A DNA stretch of 64,000 bases, taken from positions 81,346,001 through 81,410,000 of the forward strand of contig NC_087437.1 in assembly GCF_036321535.1 (NCBI RefSeq), given 5' to 3'. The first letter of the stretch is position 1; each line of letters starts with the position of its first letter. The DNA is from Camelus dromedarius (lineage: Eukaryota). Shown piece after piece: positions 27,815 through 41,710 of this stretch. The position numbers were made by a program, and so were the translations under genes. Below the pieces are notes generated by a model. That model had not been told where the DNA came from, did not search any database, and saw only the letters and a list, made by a program, of their open reading frames with translations.

Positions 27815-28315
27815 ATGCAGAAGAGAGTTAACATAGCAGCCTGAGACTGCTATTCTTAGAAAGACCTGCTTGCAAGATGTGAACTTGGAGCATTCCCACT
27901 ATTCTTTGGTAAGAAGGGTGCACTGTGCCTAAACTGTACAAACACATGGTTTATGCTGAACACCTGCTTACTTTCTGGGAGTCTGGAATGTTGGTACCTG
28001 CCAGACAGAGTGTGCCTTTGTGATCTGCCCTGAATAAAAACCTGGGCACTGAGTCTCTAATGAATTTCCCTGGCAGACAGCATTTCATTGCTGGAGGAAT
28101 TAAGCACATCTTGCAGGACCACACTGAAAGAGAACTTTTGGAAGCTTGCACTTGGCTTCCCCTAGCCTTCACCCCATGTGACTTTTTCCTTTGTTAATTG
28201 TGCTTTATATTATTTTTCTGTAATATGCCAGAGCCATGAATACAACTTTACATTGAATCTTATGAGTGCTCCTAGTGAGTCACTGAACCTGGGGGTGTTC
28301 TTGGGACCACCAAAT
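27815..28315 (+). mobile_element. MER68-like ERVL solo LTR
   Basis: Starts tgcagaagagagttaacatagcagcctgagactgctattcttagaaag, has an internal AATAAA, ends gaacctgggggtgttcttgggacc. Confidence 0.75.
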
Positions 28316-29169
28316 CAGATCCTTATAGCATTTGTGTAAAACAAGAGAAAAAAAGCACACACACTAGACTATGACTTTCAATGGGTATACAATTTCGTGT
28401 ATATGTATTTCTTAAAATCTGAAAGGATACACAGCAAACTTATTTCAGTTGTTAACTGTGGGGAGAAGGGGAAGGCAGAGGAGAGAAGGGGGCTGAGACT
28501 TTGTCTGGTATGCTCTAGTTTATTTTCTTTTTTTAAGGAAAATATACTCATGTAATGCGTAGATGGAAAAAATATTTTAAGTTGATTTCAAAATAATTTC
28601 AGCCTTCATTTAGAGTCACAAAATTTTAGAGCTGCTACAGAATTTAGAATTCACCTAGTGCTGCCCATTACAAAGATACAGTGTAGACATATGCTTAGAG
28701 AGGCAAATGTCTTGCTTTACGTGACATAACTTGTAGCTGGGACCACAACTCCCAGTCCAGAATGCTTCCCCAGTCTGCTATTGCTTGGTAAGTACTATGG
28801 CAGAAAAATCAATCTTCTTTTTTGTTATTACAAAGGTCCAGAAGGTCTCAATTGTTATATTGGGTTTCATAGCAGCTTATATCAAAGTTCAGCACATTAT
28901 CAATGCCATACTTCCACGTGTAACAAAACTCCACTGGAAGAAGATAAGAATTGGACTATAGTTCCCTGGGAAATACAGCTTTTAAGAGATGACAGTATTA
29001 GATCACACCACTCTGCATTGCTTTTCTTCTCCTTCTTTGTTAAAATAAAGGGCTAACATATCAAGCAATGGGATTTTTCGGAAACACAGTCAATGGCTTG
29101 CAAAAAGGATTTATGACCTATTTCTACTTTTTGAAACAATTCAGGACTTTAAATACTAACCCCCATATA

Positions 29170-29790
29170 TTGCTACTGCTAAATGGTAAAACTACTTTGG
29201 AAAACTGTCTGGCAGTTTCCTATATAGTTAAATATACACTTACGCTACGACTCAGCAATTCTACTACTCGATACTTCAAGAGAAAACATGTCCACACACA
29301 GAGTTTAGGAGAATGTTTATGTCAGTATTATTCATAGTTTTCAAAACCTGGAAATGACCACATGTCTCTCAACTGGTGAATATATAAACAAAACGTGGTC
29401 TATCCAAACAACTGAATTCTACTCAGCAATAAAAAGAAACTGAAATACACAACATGGATGAGTATCAAAAACACTATGGTGAAAGAAGCCAGACTCAAAA
29501 GAGGGTGTGATTCCATCCATACGGCATTCTAGAACAGACAAAACTAATCCATGGTAGTAGAAAGCAGATCAGTGGTTGCCTGGAGCTGGGATGGGTGAAA
29601 GGTTTAACTGGGGAGGGATGCATCACAGGGTGAAGGAAATATTCTTAATCTTGTTTAAGGTGGTGGTTTCACAGGTGGACACATTTGTTAAAACTCATCT
29701 AATTGTACACTTAAAATGGGTGTATTTTATTGCATGTAAATTATATGTCAATAAAGTTCATTTTAAAAATAAAAAAATAAAGCAAACAAA
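29170..29790 (+). mobile_element. L1MB/L1MC-type 3' end
   Basis: actttggaaaactgtctggcagtt...gtacacttaaaatgggtgtattttattgcatgtaaattatatgtcaataaa. Confidence 0.8.
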
Positions 29791-31919
29791 CAAAACAGAA
29801 AATTAACTCTAATAACCAAAATGAAGGAAAACCACTTCAATATTTTAAAAAATCCAACATTGCACACTGACTATACTTCAATAAATTATATATACATAAG
29901 AAATTTAAAAAGAAAAAGAAAAGTATCAATAACCAATTTCAAATAGTATTGAAATCATTGTGTTTTTCCCAAGAAATGTATTGTTTGTTGAATTGTTAAG
30001 AGATATGTGACCTGTGTGATCACAGGTGATCATATGTGACCCATCATACGTTGGGTGTTAGGAAGCTTATGGTCTAATCTGTGGCCCACTCTTAGCAAAA
30101 ATTCAAGACCATTATGAATGTTCCTTGGGTACTAATTTCATCTCTCGCTTCTTACTTTTTGCTCCTACGATTATTTTCTCTTCTTCCTGATTTCCTTACT
30201 TAGCTTTTCAGCAACTTTCATATATTTTTTTCAATACACATTGTAATAGGTTACCTATATTTAACTGAAGTAATACAGATGATGCATGTGTAACATTTGA
30301 ATCTCTCCGAGTTGTGTGTGTGTGTGTATGTGGGAGAACAAACAATTGCTAATCTTCTCCAAGATTTAGTGTTTTATTTTCAAGAAAGGTGGATGGACAC
30401 AAAGAGACAGAGAACATATTTGAGAGGAAAAAATAACTTTCTCATGGAACCCCACCCAACTGCTCTACACTATAATGAAGGGTTAGAGATGTCATGTGTC
30501 TGTCGTACAGGATTCATTTGGCCTCCGTTGGCATATTTATGGCCCTGTTCTTCGTTTTAGAAGTTTCTGTATAATCCCTAGTATATTCCTCAACACAAAA
30601 CGGTCTGCCTGTATGAAGACATTTAAAGTCAAGAAATGCTAAATGCTCCATAAATCTTTTGGATATTTTGAATAAAATGCAGAGTGAGTATTTCATTATA
30701 TTAAAAAGAGAGGAAAACAATAAACTAAGGGGAAATATTTTCACCAAATGTAATAGTTGAAGTGCTAATAACCATAATAGAAAAGCTTTCATATAAATTT
30801 GAGGAAAAAAATAACAGTTCAATTGATAAATGGACAACACATACAATTTAAAAATAAAATTCCAAAGTAAACAGTGTATAAAAAATGTTTATGGTACTCC
30901 AAATGTGGGTGACATTATAAATTAGTGCAATGTTGTTGAGACAATACAGTAACTTATACAAGGAACTTAAACATATGCCCATTCCTTTGACACTTGTGTC
31001 CTAATCCTGAGAATTTATCTTAAGGAAATAATTAAAAAGAAGGAAAAATCATATGTCATTACAATATTAAAAATTTTCATTATTAATCATATGTCACTAA
31101 AATATTAAAAACTGAACTGATCTAGCTATCCAATAATAGAACAACTTTGTAACTTTTGTTAAATTATACAATCAATTATTAAAAGAACTAGTTAATTTTA
31201 ACTGAAAGTACCTAAAATTTCATTTACTATTATTATAGCTATTTAAATTCTTCTGTATTCAAACAAAGAGCATAAGGGAACATGGAAAAAGCTCCAGTGG
31301 TTGATAGACTGGTATGATCCAGTCAGCACTTTTGGACCAGGTTTCCCAAGCGCTGGCAAAGAATACCAAGCAACAACAAACAGAGCAATGAGCTTGAGAA
31401 TGATCTCCCTTTGTGGGTAACAGGAAAAAAAGAGGCAAGATAAACTTCAAAATGGAAAGGGTAAGAGAAAAAGCAATCCATACTCTGACAGTTAAACAGT
31501 GAGCCCTGAACTGTTAGTTATGACTCAGGAAAAGGAAATCAAAGGTCCGGGTGGTTGTTCCCCGAAGAAACTACATATGCTGCCACAACTGAGAAGGATA
31601 CAGGGGACTGTTTTCACACAAAGTAAACCAGAAACAGGGAACATTGGCCCCACAGAATATCATGAAAACCAGTTCTGCAGTACCCTGAGTCTCTCTTCCC
31701 TACAGTTGTCTTTTTAAGTAACATTAGCCTTCGGCTCCTATAGTCCCTATCCTTGCTCTTCAACTTCCAAGGTTCCAAATAATTTCTCCCTTTTCTTACC
31801 CACCCCATTCAAATCTTGCTCAGACAAGGATCTAACAGGCTCATTCAGAGTAAGGGAAATGATTGATAAGCCTGCAAGTGGTTGTTTTCCCAAGACGTAC
31901 TCATATTTTGCCAGAAGAT

Positions 31920-32615
31920 ATAGTGGGACCAACCTCAATGTTTTGCTGCCAGCATCCCATCCTCAGTGTAACTGTCCACTCTCCGCTCCAGGATATCCTG
32001 TCAACCAGCTCATCCCCCATCCCTCCACTCCACAGTGGGTATGTGACCCAGGCTGGGTCAACATTCCCTGCATATAATGCCTGTGGGCACACAACTGTCA
32101 AGGTGTGCCAGCTCCTTGGTCCTTTCCTCTCCCTGGCCCTGCTTTGCTCTGTATCACAGGCGACTGAGCCCCACAGGTTCATGGCTGCAGCCAATGGGAG
32201 ACCCCAGCGTGGAGCTGCAGGGCAGGAGGAAGGGGGTGCCAACGGCCAGTTTCCAGCCATGAAAACTCAGTGTGAGGATGAAGTCAAACAGAAGGACAAA
32301 AAGCCACGAAACAGGGAGAGAAAAAGAGAATCCCTACACTTTCTTTGAACTCCTTGCATTTGAACTCTACACCTAAAGTTAGTGGGTATTTTATGTCCCA
32401 ACCCAGAACACCTGAAAGGAAAAGAGACTGCTGATAATACTGAAGATAGGACAACAGGCCCAAATTGCAACTGGCTCAGGCAAACCAGAACATGGAACCA
32501 CCCTGCCTAAAACCCAACTCAGCCCTCGGACTTTACAATTAATTGAGCCATTAAATCCTCTGACACTTAATCTGAGTTGGATCTCTGTCACTAAACAGAT
32601 TCCTAACCAGTGCAT
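31920..32615 (+). mobile_element. Old ERVL/MaLR-type LTR remnant(s)
   Basis: cagccaatgggagacccc..gcagggcaggagg and the ending gagccattaaatcc..ctgagttggatctctgtcact..cctaac. Family uncertain. Confidence 0.45.
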
Positions 32616-33481
32616 GAGGTAAAGGCTTAACACAACAGAATTATTTCTAAGTGGCAGGATTTCAGGGTAGGTGGGTCACAGCAATACCCACCTGGCTTAT
32701 CCTCCACAATACGCATGTGAAGCTCACACATTCATGGTGCAGCCATTCCAGGAACATTATATGGAATTTTGGTTGCTCTACCCCCAAGAATGCTGAAAAA
32801 AGTGCAAAGAAAACTAAAACCACCCTCAGGCTAAATGGGACTCTTTGGTGATTTTTTTTTTCATATTTAAAGTGGCCTTTACTTCAGGTTTATTTTCATC
32901 TGAATATAAATTTCAGGACATACAGTAGGTCAACTACATCTTACAACTTTCCCAAAGTCCGGCTCCTATCTAGGGACAGCAGTGTCACACCACTAAAAAC
33001 ACTGGCCTCTGAGGACTGTTTTACTTCTATATTCTTTTTACTTTTTCCCACTATCCTTTAAAGTCTCAATTATACTACAAATGCAATAGGCTCTTGGCTC
33101 ACCTAGAAATCCAACAGTCATTTATATTAAAAAAAAAAATGTCCTTTAGAGCGTGGTAAGAAGGATATGCCGCAGCTCACATACCATTTGTTAGTCCCTT
33201 AGATCAGGGCACTCACAGCAGCTGCCTAGTTTATGACAAAACAGAACACAGCAATTTAAAGGCTGTATCTCCTGAGTCCAGCGGGAATGCTCCCCACCCC
33301 AAGGGAGGTCATTTTTTATCTAGAAAGCCATTCATAACACAAGTGTTTGAAACTCCATGAGTAGCTAGATCTTTTAAAAGCCATAAGGGGTGACTGTGAC
33401 TAACTCTTCATTTTTTGAGTCTCAGTGTCATTTCATCAATAAAAGGGCAGATAAAGTAAGTGGAAGGAATTACCTAGATGC

Positions 33482-33487
33482 TTTATT
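33482..33487 (-). terminator. ADGRG7: Candidate ADGRG7 polyadenylation signal AATAAA
   Basis: First minus-strand AATAAA I found downstream of the stop codon (about 600 nt). Confidence 0.5.
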
Positions 33488-34081
33488 TAGTAACTGGCTA
33501 ATTTTTCTCTATCTCATTGCCTACTTCTCATAGGGCGAACTCTTCTGAACACAAAATACGCTTTTTTAACAGAAGGTTAAATTGTTGCAAAATTCTTAAT
33601 CGGAAATAAAATCATAAGCACATACAAATTTAAAATATTCACAGATCAAAAATATGATACCTACAAGCAACTCCCTGCAGTGTTCATCAGGAGTCATTTT
33701 GTTCCAGCGGGTAAATTTTTCTCTTCACATCCTTTTCAGTAAATTGTAAACGAACTTGTTTTAGGTTCTACATTTTTATCACAGGTGTCACATAGACTAT
33801 GGTATGGGGAACAATGATAGTCAAATTATTCTGAATGCTGAATGCTGAGTAGAATTCTTCACCTCATTGGGGTAAGAATCTATTGAATAACAGAAAAACT
33901 GCCAACTCCATTATCCCTGATGATAATAAACAACAAGTTTTACCTGATTCTTAGCCTGGAGCAAAGTAAACTGAGGGAGATTTTCTGGGAAAAGACAGAG
34001 TAATAAAGGAAGGAAGTAGAAAAAGTGAAACTTACATGAGTTGAATAAAAAGAGGAACACGAGAGGCAGCAGTTTCACTGT

Positions 34082-34342
34082 CTAAGTGCTTGGGTTTGCT
34101 TGGTCACTCTGAGAGCGCGTCTCGTCCTCGTTAAGTTCAGATGGCTCCAGCAGCCTGAAGTGTTCATTCAGGGCTGGAAACGCCCTGAGCATGTTGTACA
34201 TCCTCACGCGCAGCCTCAGGGTGGTCACGGATGGCAGCGTCTTCACTCTCCCAGTGGATGACAACAATGAATTCAACAGTTTGGAAGCTTCATCCTGGAA
34301 GATTTTTGTTCTGACAGTGTAAAGGAAAAAAATCTGCAACCC
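34082..34342 (-). CDS. ADGRG7: ADGRG7 (GPR128) last coding exon (about exon 16): end of TM7 and cytoplasmic tail GLQIFFLYTVRTKIFQ...DQANPST*
   Basis: Acceptor ctgccag|GGG, phase 0, TAG stop. Completes the adhesion-GPCR TM7 motif FNTTQ-GLQIF; tail resembles GPR128 (LPSVT, LRVRMYN). Confidence 0.93.
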   Translation of the reverse strand, partial: GLQIFFLYTVRTKIFQDEASKLLNSLLSSTGRVKTLPSVTTLRLRVRMYNMLRAFPALNEHFRLLEPSELNEDETRSQSDQANPST

Positions 34343-34592
34343 CTGGCAGATAGAATCAAAGTTTAATATTAGATAAGTATTGAGATACAGAATCAGAGAA
34401 GAGATTTTATTTCACCCTGCCACGCTTCTCATCATGCACAAGAACTTGAGTTTCCCAGCCAGCAGCTGCTGTGTACTTTCTTGTCTCAGAGGGTTGAGGC
34501 AATGTTCTTCTCATATCTAAGTGCTACACGGAAGAACGTACGTCGAAGCCCTGAGTTCAGGTCCCCATTTGCCAAATGTTAGCTGTGCAACC

Positions 34593-35340
34593 GTGAGGTT
34601 TCTGTTTTCCTCCTGACACCAACCAACTGGGACACCAACCTGGTGTCTTCCAATTCAGTTCAGTTCTGACACCAACCACCCAGAGTTAGCGTCAGACTCC
34701 ACAGGTTAAGGGCTCAGTCCCACGAGATTTCCCTCACTTCACATGCCAGTCACCAGTGTTGGGTCCCCAGGTTGTCCGCACTTCTGTCGACCTGGTTACA
34801 GCCTCCCCACTTCAGGTTTGACAACCTGCTATAAGGACTCACAGAACTCACTCAGGAAGGAGTTTCACTTACTAGTATCTGTTCATTATAAAGGATACAA
34901 GTCAGAAACAGCCAAACAGAAGAGATTATAGGCAAGAGCAGGAAGCTTCCATGCCCTTTTCCAGTGTGTCCCCCTCCCGGTACTTCAAACTGTTCACCAA
35001 CCTGGAGGCTCTCCAAACCCCTTTATTTAGGGGTTTTTATATAGATCGCATTACACAGGCATGATTGATTAAAACATCGGCTACCGGTGACTGACTTAAT
35101 CTCCAACCCCTCTCTCGTTCTGGAAGTTGGTGGGTAGAGCTGGAAGTCCTAAGCTTCTAATCAAGTCTTGGTCTTTCTGGCGACCAGTCTCCATCCTAAA
35201 GCTATCTTGGGGCCCCAGCCACTGGTCATCTTATTAGCATACAAAAAGCACCCATCCCTCAGGGGACTCCAAGGATTAAAGGAGCTATGTGCTGGGAATT
35301 GAGAACAAAAGACTGAATATTAATTTTTTAGTACACCACA
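34593..35340 (-). mobile_element. MER21-like ERVL LTR inserted into a MIR, in the last ADGRG7 intron
   Basis: gagttagcgtcagactccacaggttaagggctcagtcccac..., with MIR-like text on both sides. Confidence 0.7.
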
Positions 35341-35619
35341 GTAACTTTGTTCTTTTTCTGACACCTATGATCTTCAATTTCCTAACAGAGGCAGATTGAC
35401 TATGGGTTCCCTAATTCTTCTCACAGTTCTAAAATTCTGTGATTCTACATTTCTTGGGCTTTTAGTAACATAACTAGAAGTTTGGTGCATTTAAGGACAA
35501 AAAAAATTTTAAGCACTTCTACCCATTGCTTTTCTGTACTTTACATATGAAGACCAAATGTGCACAAGGAGTTAAGCCACAAAATAACTGAGTACTATTT
35601 TCTATACATTTTAAAATAA

Positions 35620-35870
35620 AATCTACCACTTACTGAAGTCCTATTAATATCAGACACTTGCTTTTAATTCAATCTTTATCATTTAATCCTTCTCATTTAA
35701 TCATAATATCAACCCTGTGAAATAAACCTTAACTATCCCTATGCTAAAGATGAGGAAACTATAGCTCAGATAAATAAAATAACTTGCCTAAGATTATCCA
35801 ACCAGTAATCAGTAGAGCCTGGAATTGAACTATATGTTTGGCTCCAAAATGCCTCTGTTCAATACACTCC
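35620..35870 (-). mobile_element. MIR SINE
   Basis: agatgaggaaactatagctcaga..aataacttgcctaagattatcca..agtagagcctggaattgaac. Confidence 0.75.
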
Positions 35871-38490
35871 AGACTCTCACTTGTAACTGTAATAGAAAGA
35901 TAATGTAAAATGTATTATAGCATTTGAAAGACCCCTGTTGTAACTTCCCATTAATATTCTTTGTGGAAAAAAAACAGATCAAAAACATCTATAGTTGAGT
36001 TGAGAGTATTGTGCCAAAGTTCATTTCTTGATTTTGGTGATGTTATATAGGATATTATCATAGGGGAAAGCTGGCCAAAGGGTACATAGGAACTCTGTAC
36101 TATTTTTGCAACTTCTTGTATTAAACTATTTCAAAATAAAAAGTTATTTTTTAAAAATCCATGGATGTCTCCCAGGTTGGCAGCTATAGGGCCCCAAGCC
36201 TTAAAAGGATGTATTTCCTGAATCATACCCTAGAAATACTGATATAGGAGACTTCTAGTGCTCCGGTGAGATAACTCTGAGAGTTTGGCTAAGAAAATCA
36301 ATACATATTGGCAAGAGATAGATGAGTTCTCTGGCCAAAAGCAGGAAGATAAACTTATATACCCAACAGGTGGTACCTAACTCCTCAGAAGAAGGCTTTA
36401 ATGACACAAGGAAGCATGCAAGGGGACATGGACTTCAGAAGGACAAAAGTAGTCACTGGCCAACCTGATTGTTCAAGGGAGAGAAGTTTTGTTTGGGGGA
36501 CATGAAAAATCTGGTCTCTAGAGAAGCATCCTCTTTGTGGTGTACACTATTTCACCTGGCTTTTCATCTACTGTGAAAGAATCACACAAGCATGTTTCTT
36601 GCACTATAGAACTGATTATCTAGTTGAGGAGATGAAACTTGTACACATGAAAAGTTAACTTTTGAGTACAAGGGAAAAAGGGACAAAAGAATTTACAAAA
36701 CTACAATAATTCTATTTTATTTGATAAAAATATATGTATTTATTTAATTCATAGTTAAATTAATAAAGCCATCATTTCAAGGGATTAAAGCCTGTAAGTA
36801 AATAATGTATGTGGATTGTACCAATGTCAGTTTCCTGGGTTTGATTATATATTATAGTTACATAAGATGTTATCATTGGAAGAGCTGGGTGAAGGCTACA
36901 TAGGAACTCTCTGTATTATTTTTATAACCTCTTATGAGTCCAAAATTATTTCCAAAAAGAATTCTAAGGGATGAAATAAAAGTGAGGAGAACCAAAAAAA
37001 ATTTTTAAATAAAAAGAATTCTGACCTTTCTAAGATTTTTTTCCCATAAGGTAGTATCTCAGTAAGCCTATAGAATTTCAATAAAAAAAAAGATTATTGC
37101 CAAGAATTAAATGCCAAACTAATTTGAGGTTCACAAGTCATGGTACCTAAAGAAAAACTATCAGCTAGGAAAATCTTCATTATTTACTAACTATCCATTA
37201 AACAATTACTCAAAAATACTCTATCATTAATGAGAAATTCATTAAAATTTAAAAGTCAAAATAATAGGACATTCCAATATAGAAGGGCTGGCAAAAGACA
37301 CTGAAACTATTTAGCTATAACAGAATGCAACTAGCATAATTATCAAACAAAATCCAAATGTTATAAATATTCCTTGAAAGAAAATAATGTAGACAATATA
37401 ATTTAATAATAATAATTGTTTGATAAATTTTAAATTGTACCAGTAAAACCAGGAGACAAGAAGCAGCTAAATTGTGTTCATACTATTACCTTTAAAGAGA
37501 ATGATCAAAACACAATGTTTTACTCTGGAAATTGAAAATTGTTTCATAAATTGTAGTAACAGATAATAAACAAAAATAATTAACAGGATGAAAATGTTCT
37601 AATAATAAGAGAAGGCTAAGTAAAAGAAAATATAATTTATATAGCACAGTATGTAAAACTAAGGAAGAAATCATGGATACATGTGAAAAAGGGAAATAAG
37701 ATGTCAGAATAAGACCAAACATATCTGTTTTGATAGCTAATATTTAGCTAAAAAAATAAAAGGTTAACTTTTTAAATGAAATGGAAAAACAATGAGAAAA
37801 TGATTATAAAAATACAAATCTAAATGTATGGGGTCTAAAAAGAGGTAAGTAAAAAACAAAATGACACAAAGTTTAAAGACAAAAGAACTAGCATAATTAG
37901 ACTAGATAAAATCAAATAAAAGCAAATTAGAAGTTGCTATATTAATACACAAAAAATTAGATTTCAAAATAAAATGGGACTGGGAGTGACTCATTATACT
38001 GATAAAAGGTATAATGCACCAGAAATATACAACATTCATAAATTTTAGAAACATGATAATATGGCATTAAACTGTATAAAGACAAACAGCTAAATGCTAT
38101 AAGAAAAACTAGTAGAAAAATAAGTGACAAAGGGAATTTTATAAAGACTTTCTCAGGCTTTGATGAACAAGTTAAAGGTAAATAAGGTTTTATAAAAAAT
38201 TATTTGAAAACTATAACACCTTTAAAAAGTACGTATGTGACATACAGAAGTATTGCCAGAAGGTAATCACAATAAATATTAAATCGTAATTTTTTTAAGC
38301 TAATAACAGTCTATGTAAAATTTTAGGAATCATCCCTTTGCTTTCAGGGTTAGAGGTCTGGCGCTTAAGGAGAGAACCTTTACTAAGGAGCACTTTTTCA
38401 TGCCTTACGAAGGTGGTCCAGTGATCACATTTGTTCACACAAGTGATCCCGGTATGAGGTGGGGGCGTACTTTAAAAGAAGGGTACTTTC

Positions 38491-38913
38491 CATTGTTGGT
38501 GGGAATATAAATTGGTGCAGCCACTATGGAAAACAGTATGGAGGTTCCTCGAGAAATGAAAAATAGAACTACCGTATGATCCACCAATTCCACTCCTGGG
38601 CATATACCCAAAGAAAATGAAAACACTAAAAAATAAAACAAACTAGTGAATATGACAACCTAGTGGTTATCAGTGGGGAGAGAGAAGGGGAGGAGGGGCA
38701 ACATAGGGGTAGGGGATTAAGAGGTACAAACTACCATATACAAAACAAATAAGCTACACGGGTATATTGTAGAGTACAGAGAATACATAGCCAATATTTT
38801 AAATAACTATAAATGGAGTATAACCTTTAAAAATTGTGAATCACTATGCTAAACACTTGAAACGTATACAATATTGTGAATCAACTATACCTCAATTAAA
38901 TAAATAAATAAGT
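38491..38913 (+). mobile_element. L1 3' fragment with internal deletion and 17-bp TSD
   Basis: Flanks aaaagaagggtactttc (38474-38490) and aaaagaatggtactttc (38914-38930). TTT/AAAA site, (taaa)n tail. Confidence 0.88.
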
Positions 38914-39349
38914 AAAAGAATGGTACTTTCATTATATTGAAATATAATTCAGTTTGCCAGCTAAGAAACTCTATATAAAGAGAGACAAACCTTTGTAATA
39001 CTTTTCAACAGAGTAAACAGCAGTATTTGCTATGGGAGGAGGCATAAAGTAAGAAGCACAGAAAGAAATCCCTGATTCCAAGTCTCTGAATAATGCCTCC
39101 TTGCTTTATTTTAAAGTTCTGACACTCTCCACAAATAACACACAAATACAAAAGAATAAAAAGAAAAACATTATGAGGTCAAACAGAATTATTTTTATTT
39201 TCACCTCCCATTTTGATTTATCTATATTTTTGCCATGATGAAAATCAGAAGGTGACCACAACCCTTAGTCTAAATATTCTTATAGCAGATGCTCGCAAGG
39301 TATTAATAGCATGGTTCCCAAAGAAAAAAAGGATATAAATCTTCCTTTA

Positions 39350-40260
39350 TGAAATCAATGCCACTTAGAATCATGTCAAAACAATGAAGTACTTAGAAAT
39401 AGATTAAACCAAGGGTAAACCTAGACACTGAAAACCATGGCATTGATGAAAAAGACTGAAGAAGACAAAAACAAATGGAAAGATATCCATGTTCTAGGGT
39501 TGAAAAAACTGCGAAAATTTTCTTTTACCCAAAGTAATCTAAAGATTTGATACAACCCCTATCAAAATTCCAATGGTGTTTTTCACAGAAATAGAAAAAA
39601 AATTATCCTAAAATTTGAAATCATCATCTTGAAGAGAAAACTTCACACCCATGTTCACTCCAGCATTATTCACAATAGCCAAGATATGGAAACAACCTAA
39701 ATGTCCTTTGATGGATGAACAGATAAAGAAAATGCATGATAGATATAAACATGGAATATTATTCAGCCAATGAAAAGAAAGAAATCCTGCCACTTGTGAC
39801 AATACAGATGAACCTGGAAGGCATTATGATAAATGATATAAGCCAGAGAATGACAAATACTATCTGGTATCACTAACATGTGGAATTTTTTTTTAAAGCC
39901 AATTTCACAGAAACAGATAATAGAATGATGGTTGCCTATGGCTAGGAGGAGAGGTAAGCAGGATAATGTAAGTCAAAGAGTACAAATTTTTCCATTATTA
40001 GAAGAATAAGGATCTAATGTACAGCATGGTAACTATAGTTAATATAGTATTGTGTATTTAAAAGTTGCCAAGTAGTTAAGCATTATCATCACATACACAC
40101 ACACATTATTAACTGTGAGGTGATGGATGTGTTATTTTGATCTTGGTAATCATTCAACATGTATATGTGTATCAAATCGTCAAGTTGTAAACTTTAAAAT
40201 ACAGAAATATAGTTGTCAGTTATTCCCAATTATTCCAGTAAAGTTTTTTAAAGATAAGAT
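39350..40260 (+). mobile_element. L1MA-type fragment (ORF2 pieces plus 3'UTR)
   Basis: aaatggaaagatatccatgttc, ttcacaatagccaagatatggaaacaacctaaatgtcc, gtacagcatggtaactatagttaat. Confidence 0.8.
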
Positions 40261-40702
40261 AAATAATCATAAAATTTCAAAAAAGAGACAAAGAAAAAAT
40301 TCAGCAAACCCAACAGAGGTCCAAGTTCCAGGAATCACTGTAACATGCACCACACCAGTCACTGTGAGAACCTGCTATGAACCTGTTGTATCAAGGAAAG
40401 GGACAGGAGATATTTCCCAAGCTAGTTGCTCAACAAAATCTCTCCTGGTCAGAGAAGAGGGACTAACATGGTCCAACCCTACTGCAATTATATTCTATGA
40501 ACTCCAGGCTCAGGAAAAGATACAGTAGGTTAGTCATAAAAAGCTATTTTTCCCCTTCCCTAACAAAGTGTATTAAAAATAGTCTCCTAAAGGTAACTAA
40601 GCAATGACCTTGAGGGAGTTTTAAGATAATAAAACTTTGGTCCAGTGTGGTATCATCTCCACCACCCGATGGCTGCTACTCTTAGACTAATGCACACCAT
40701 AC

Positions 40703-40859
40703 CTGAGTAGTGTTGAAAAGGCAGAATATGTAGCTGAAGACGATCATGACACTATCATCACCAATTAGCATTAAGTATGCCAGAATCCAGGTAATTCCAA
40801 AAACAACTGCAATAGATAATGTGCTAAGAATCTTCCTTATGGATGAAACCTTCTTTGTG
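40703..40859 (-). CDS. ADGRG7: ADGRG7 exon about 15 (157 nt): TM6-TM7, TKKVSSIRKILSTLSIAVVFGITWILAYLMLIGDDSVMIVFSYIFCLFNTTQ
   Basis: FGITW and FNTTQ motifs. Acceptor cctag|C, donor CAG|gtatgg. Confidence 0.95.
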
Positions 40860-41279
40860 CTAGGTAAGAGAAGGCAAGAAAGAAAATATGGTTCATGCAG
40901 CTTTGTACTTATTAATATCACTGTTACCCTCCTATTGAGAATACATATTTAGCTGCCCATATACACTATTCACTGAACAATATATGTCTCAGGTGGAAAA
41001 AAGATGTTATTCCTATATCTATGGCACTCTGGATAAAATACAGAATAAATAAATATACTAATAAAGGAATACACTTAAAAGCTCAGGCATAAACAGTTCC
41101 TTAAATACTATTGCAGGCAAATTTCACAAAGAATCAACTTGTTCTTTAAAATAGAATTTTATTTTAGTGATTATTACTACTGTGATCAGCCAGTAAGAAA
41201 TTCCTTTTGGGGGCATCTGGGACCTTCCCATGCCATAGGCTGATATAGGAATGAAAAGTTATCAAAATGTAGATTGATC

Positions 41280-41710
41280 TTCTTCCCTGTCATGGTAAGT
41301 CTGTATCCCTAGAATCTGAATTTGGCCATAAGACTTATTTTGACCAGTGGGACACTGGCATTTGTTCCACAGATGCTTGAAAGCATTCTGCTCATTAGAG
41401 CATGACTTTTCTTATTGCTCTTTGGAACCCTGAGAGCACTATGGTAAGAAGCCTGGCTGGACTGGTCTAATAGAGGATGAGAGACCACATGGAGTAGAGA
41501 TGAGCTTTCCCAAGTGAGCAGTTACCAGCCAACCACCAACCATCAGGCATGAAAGTATATCATCCTAGATTATCCATCAGCATTCAAGCCAGCCAAGACC
41601 AGAACAACTACTTGACCAACATTCAAATTTATGACAAATAATAAGCATTGGTCATTCTAAGCCACTAAGTTTGGGGATAGTTTGTTATGCAGCAAAAGCT
41701 AATTGATACA
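41280..41710 (+). mobile_element. MaLR LTR (MLT1-like)
   Basis: Ends taagccactaagtttggggatagtttgttatgcagcaaaagctaattgataca. Confidence 0.75.

Noticed and set aside
30004..30042. Short hairpin acctgtg-tgat-cacaggt with repeated atatgtgacc
   Set aside because: A 7-bp stem and 10-bp repeat are too short to distinguish from chance or local slippage.
31047..31111. Imperfect 27-bp direct repeat with 38-bp period
   Set aside because: Only two AT-rich copies in decayed repeat sequence; an ordinary local duplication, not an array.
31859..32348. 161-aa and overlapping ORFs between the two genes
   Set aside because: They lie in LTR-like remnant sequence, with no recognisable protein or exon structure.
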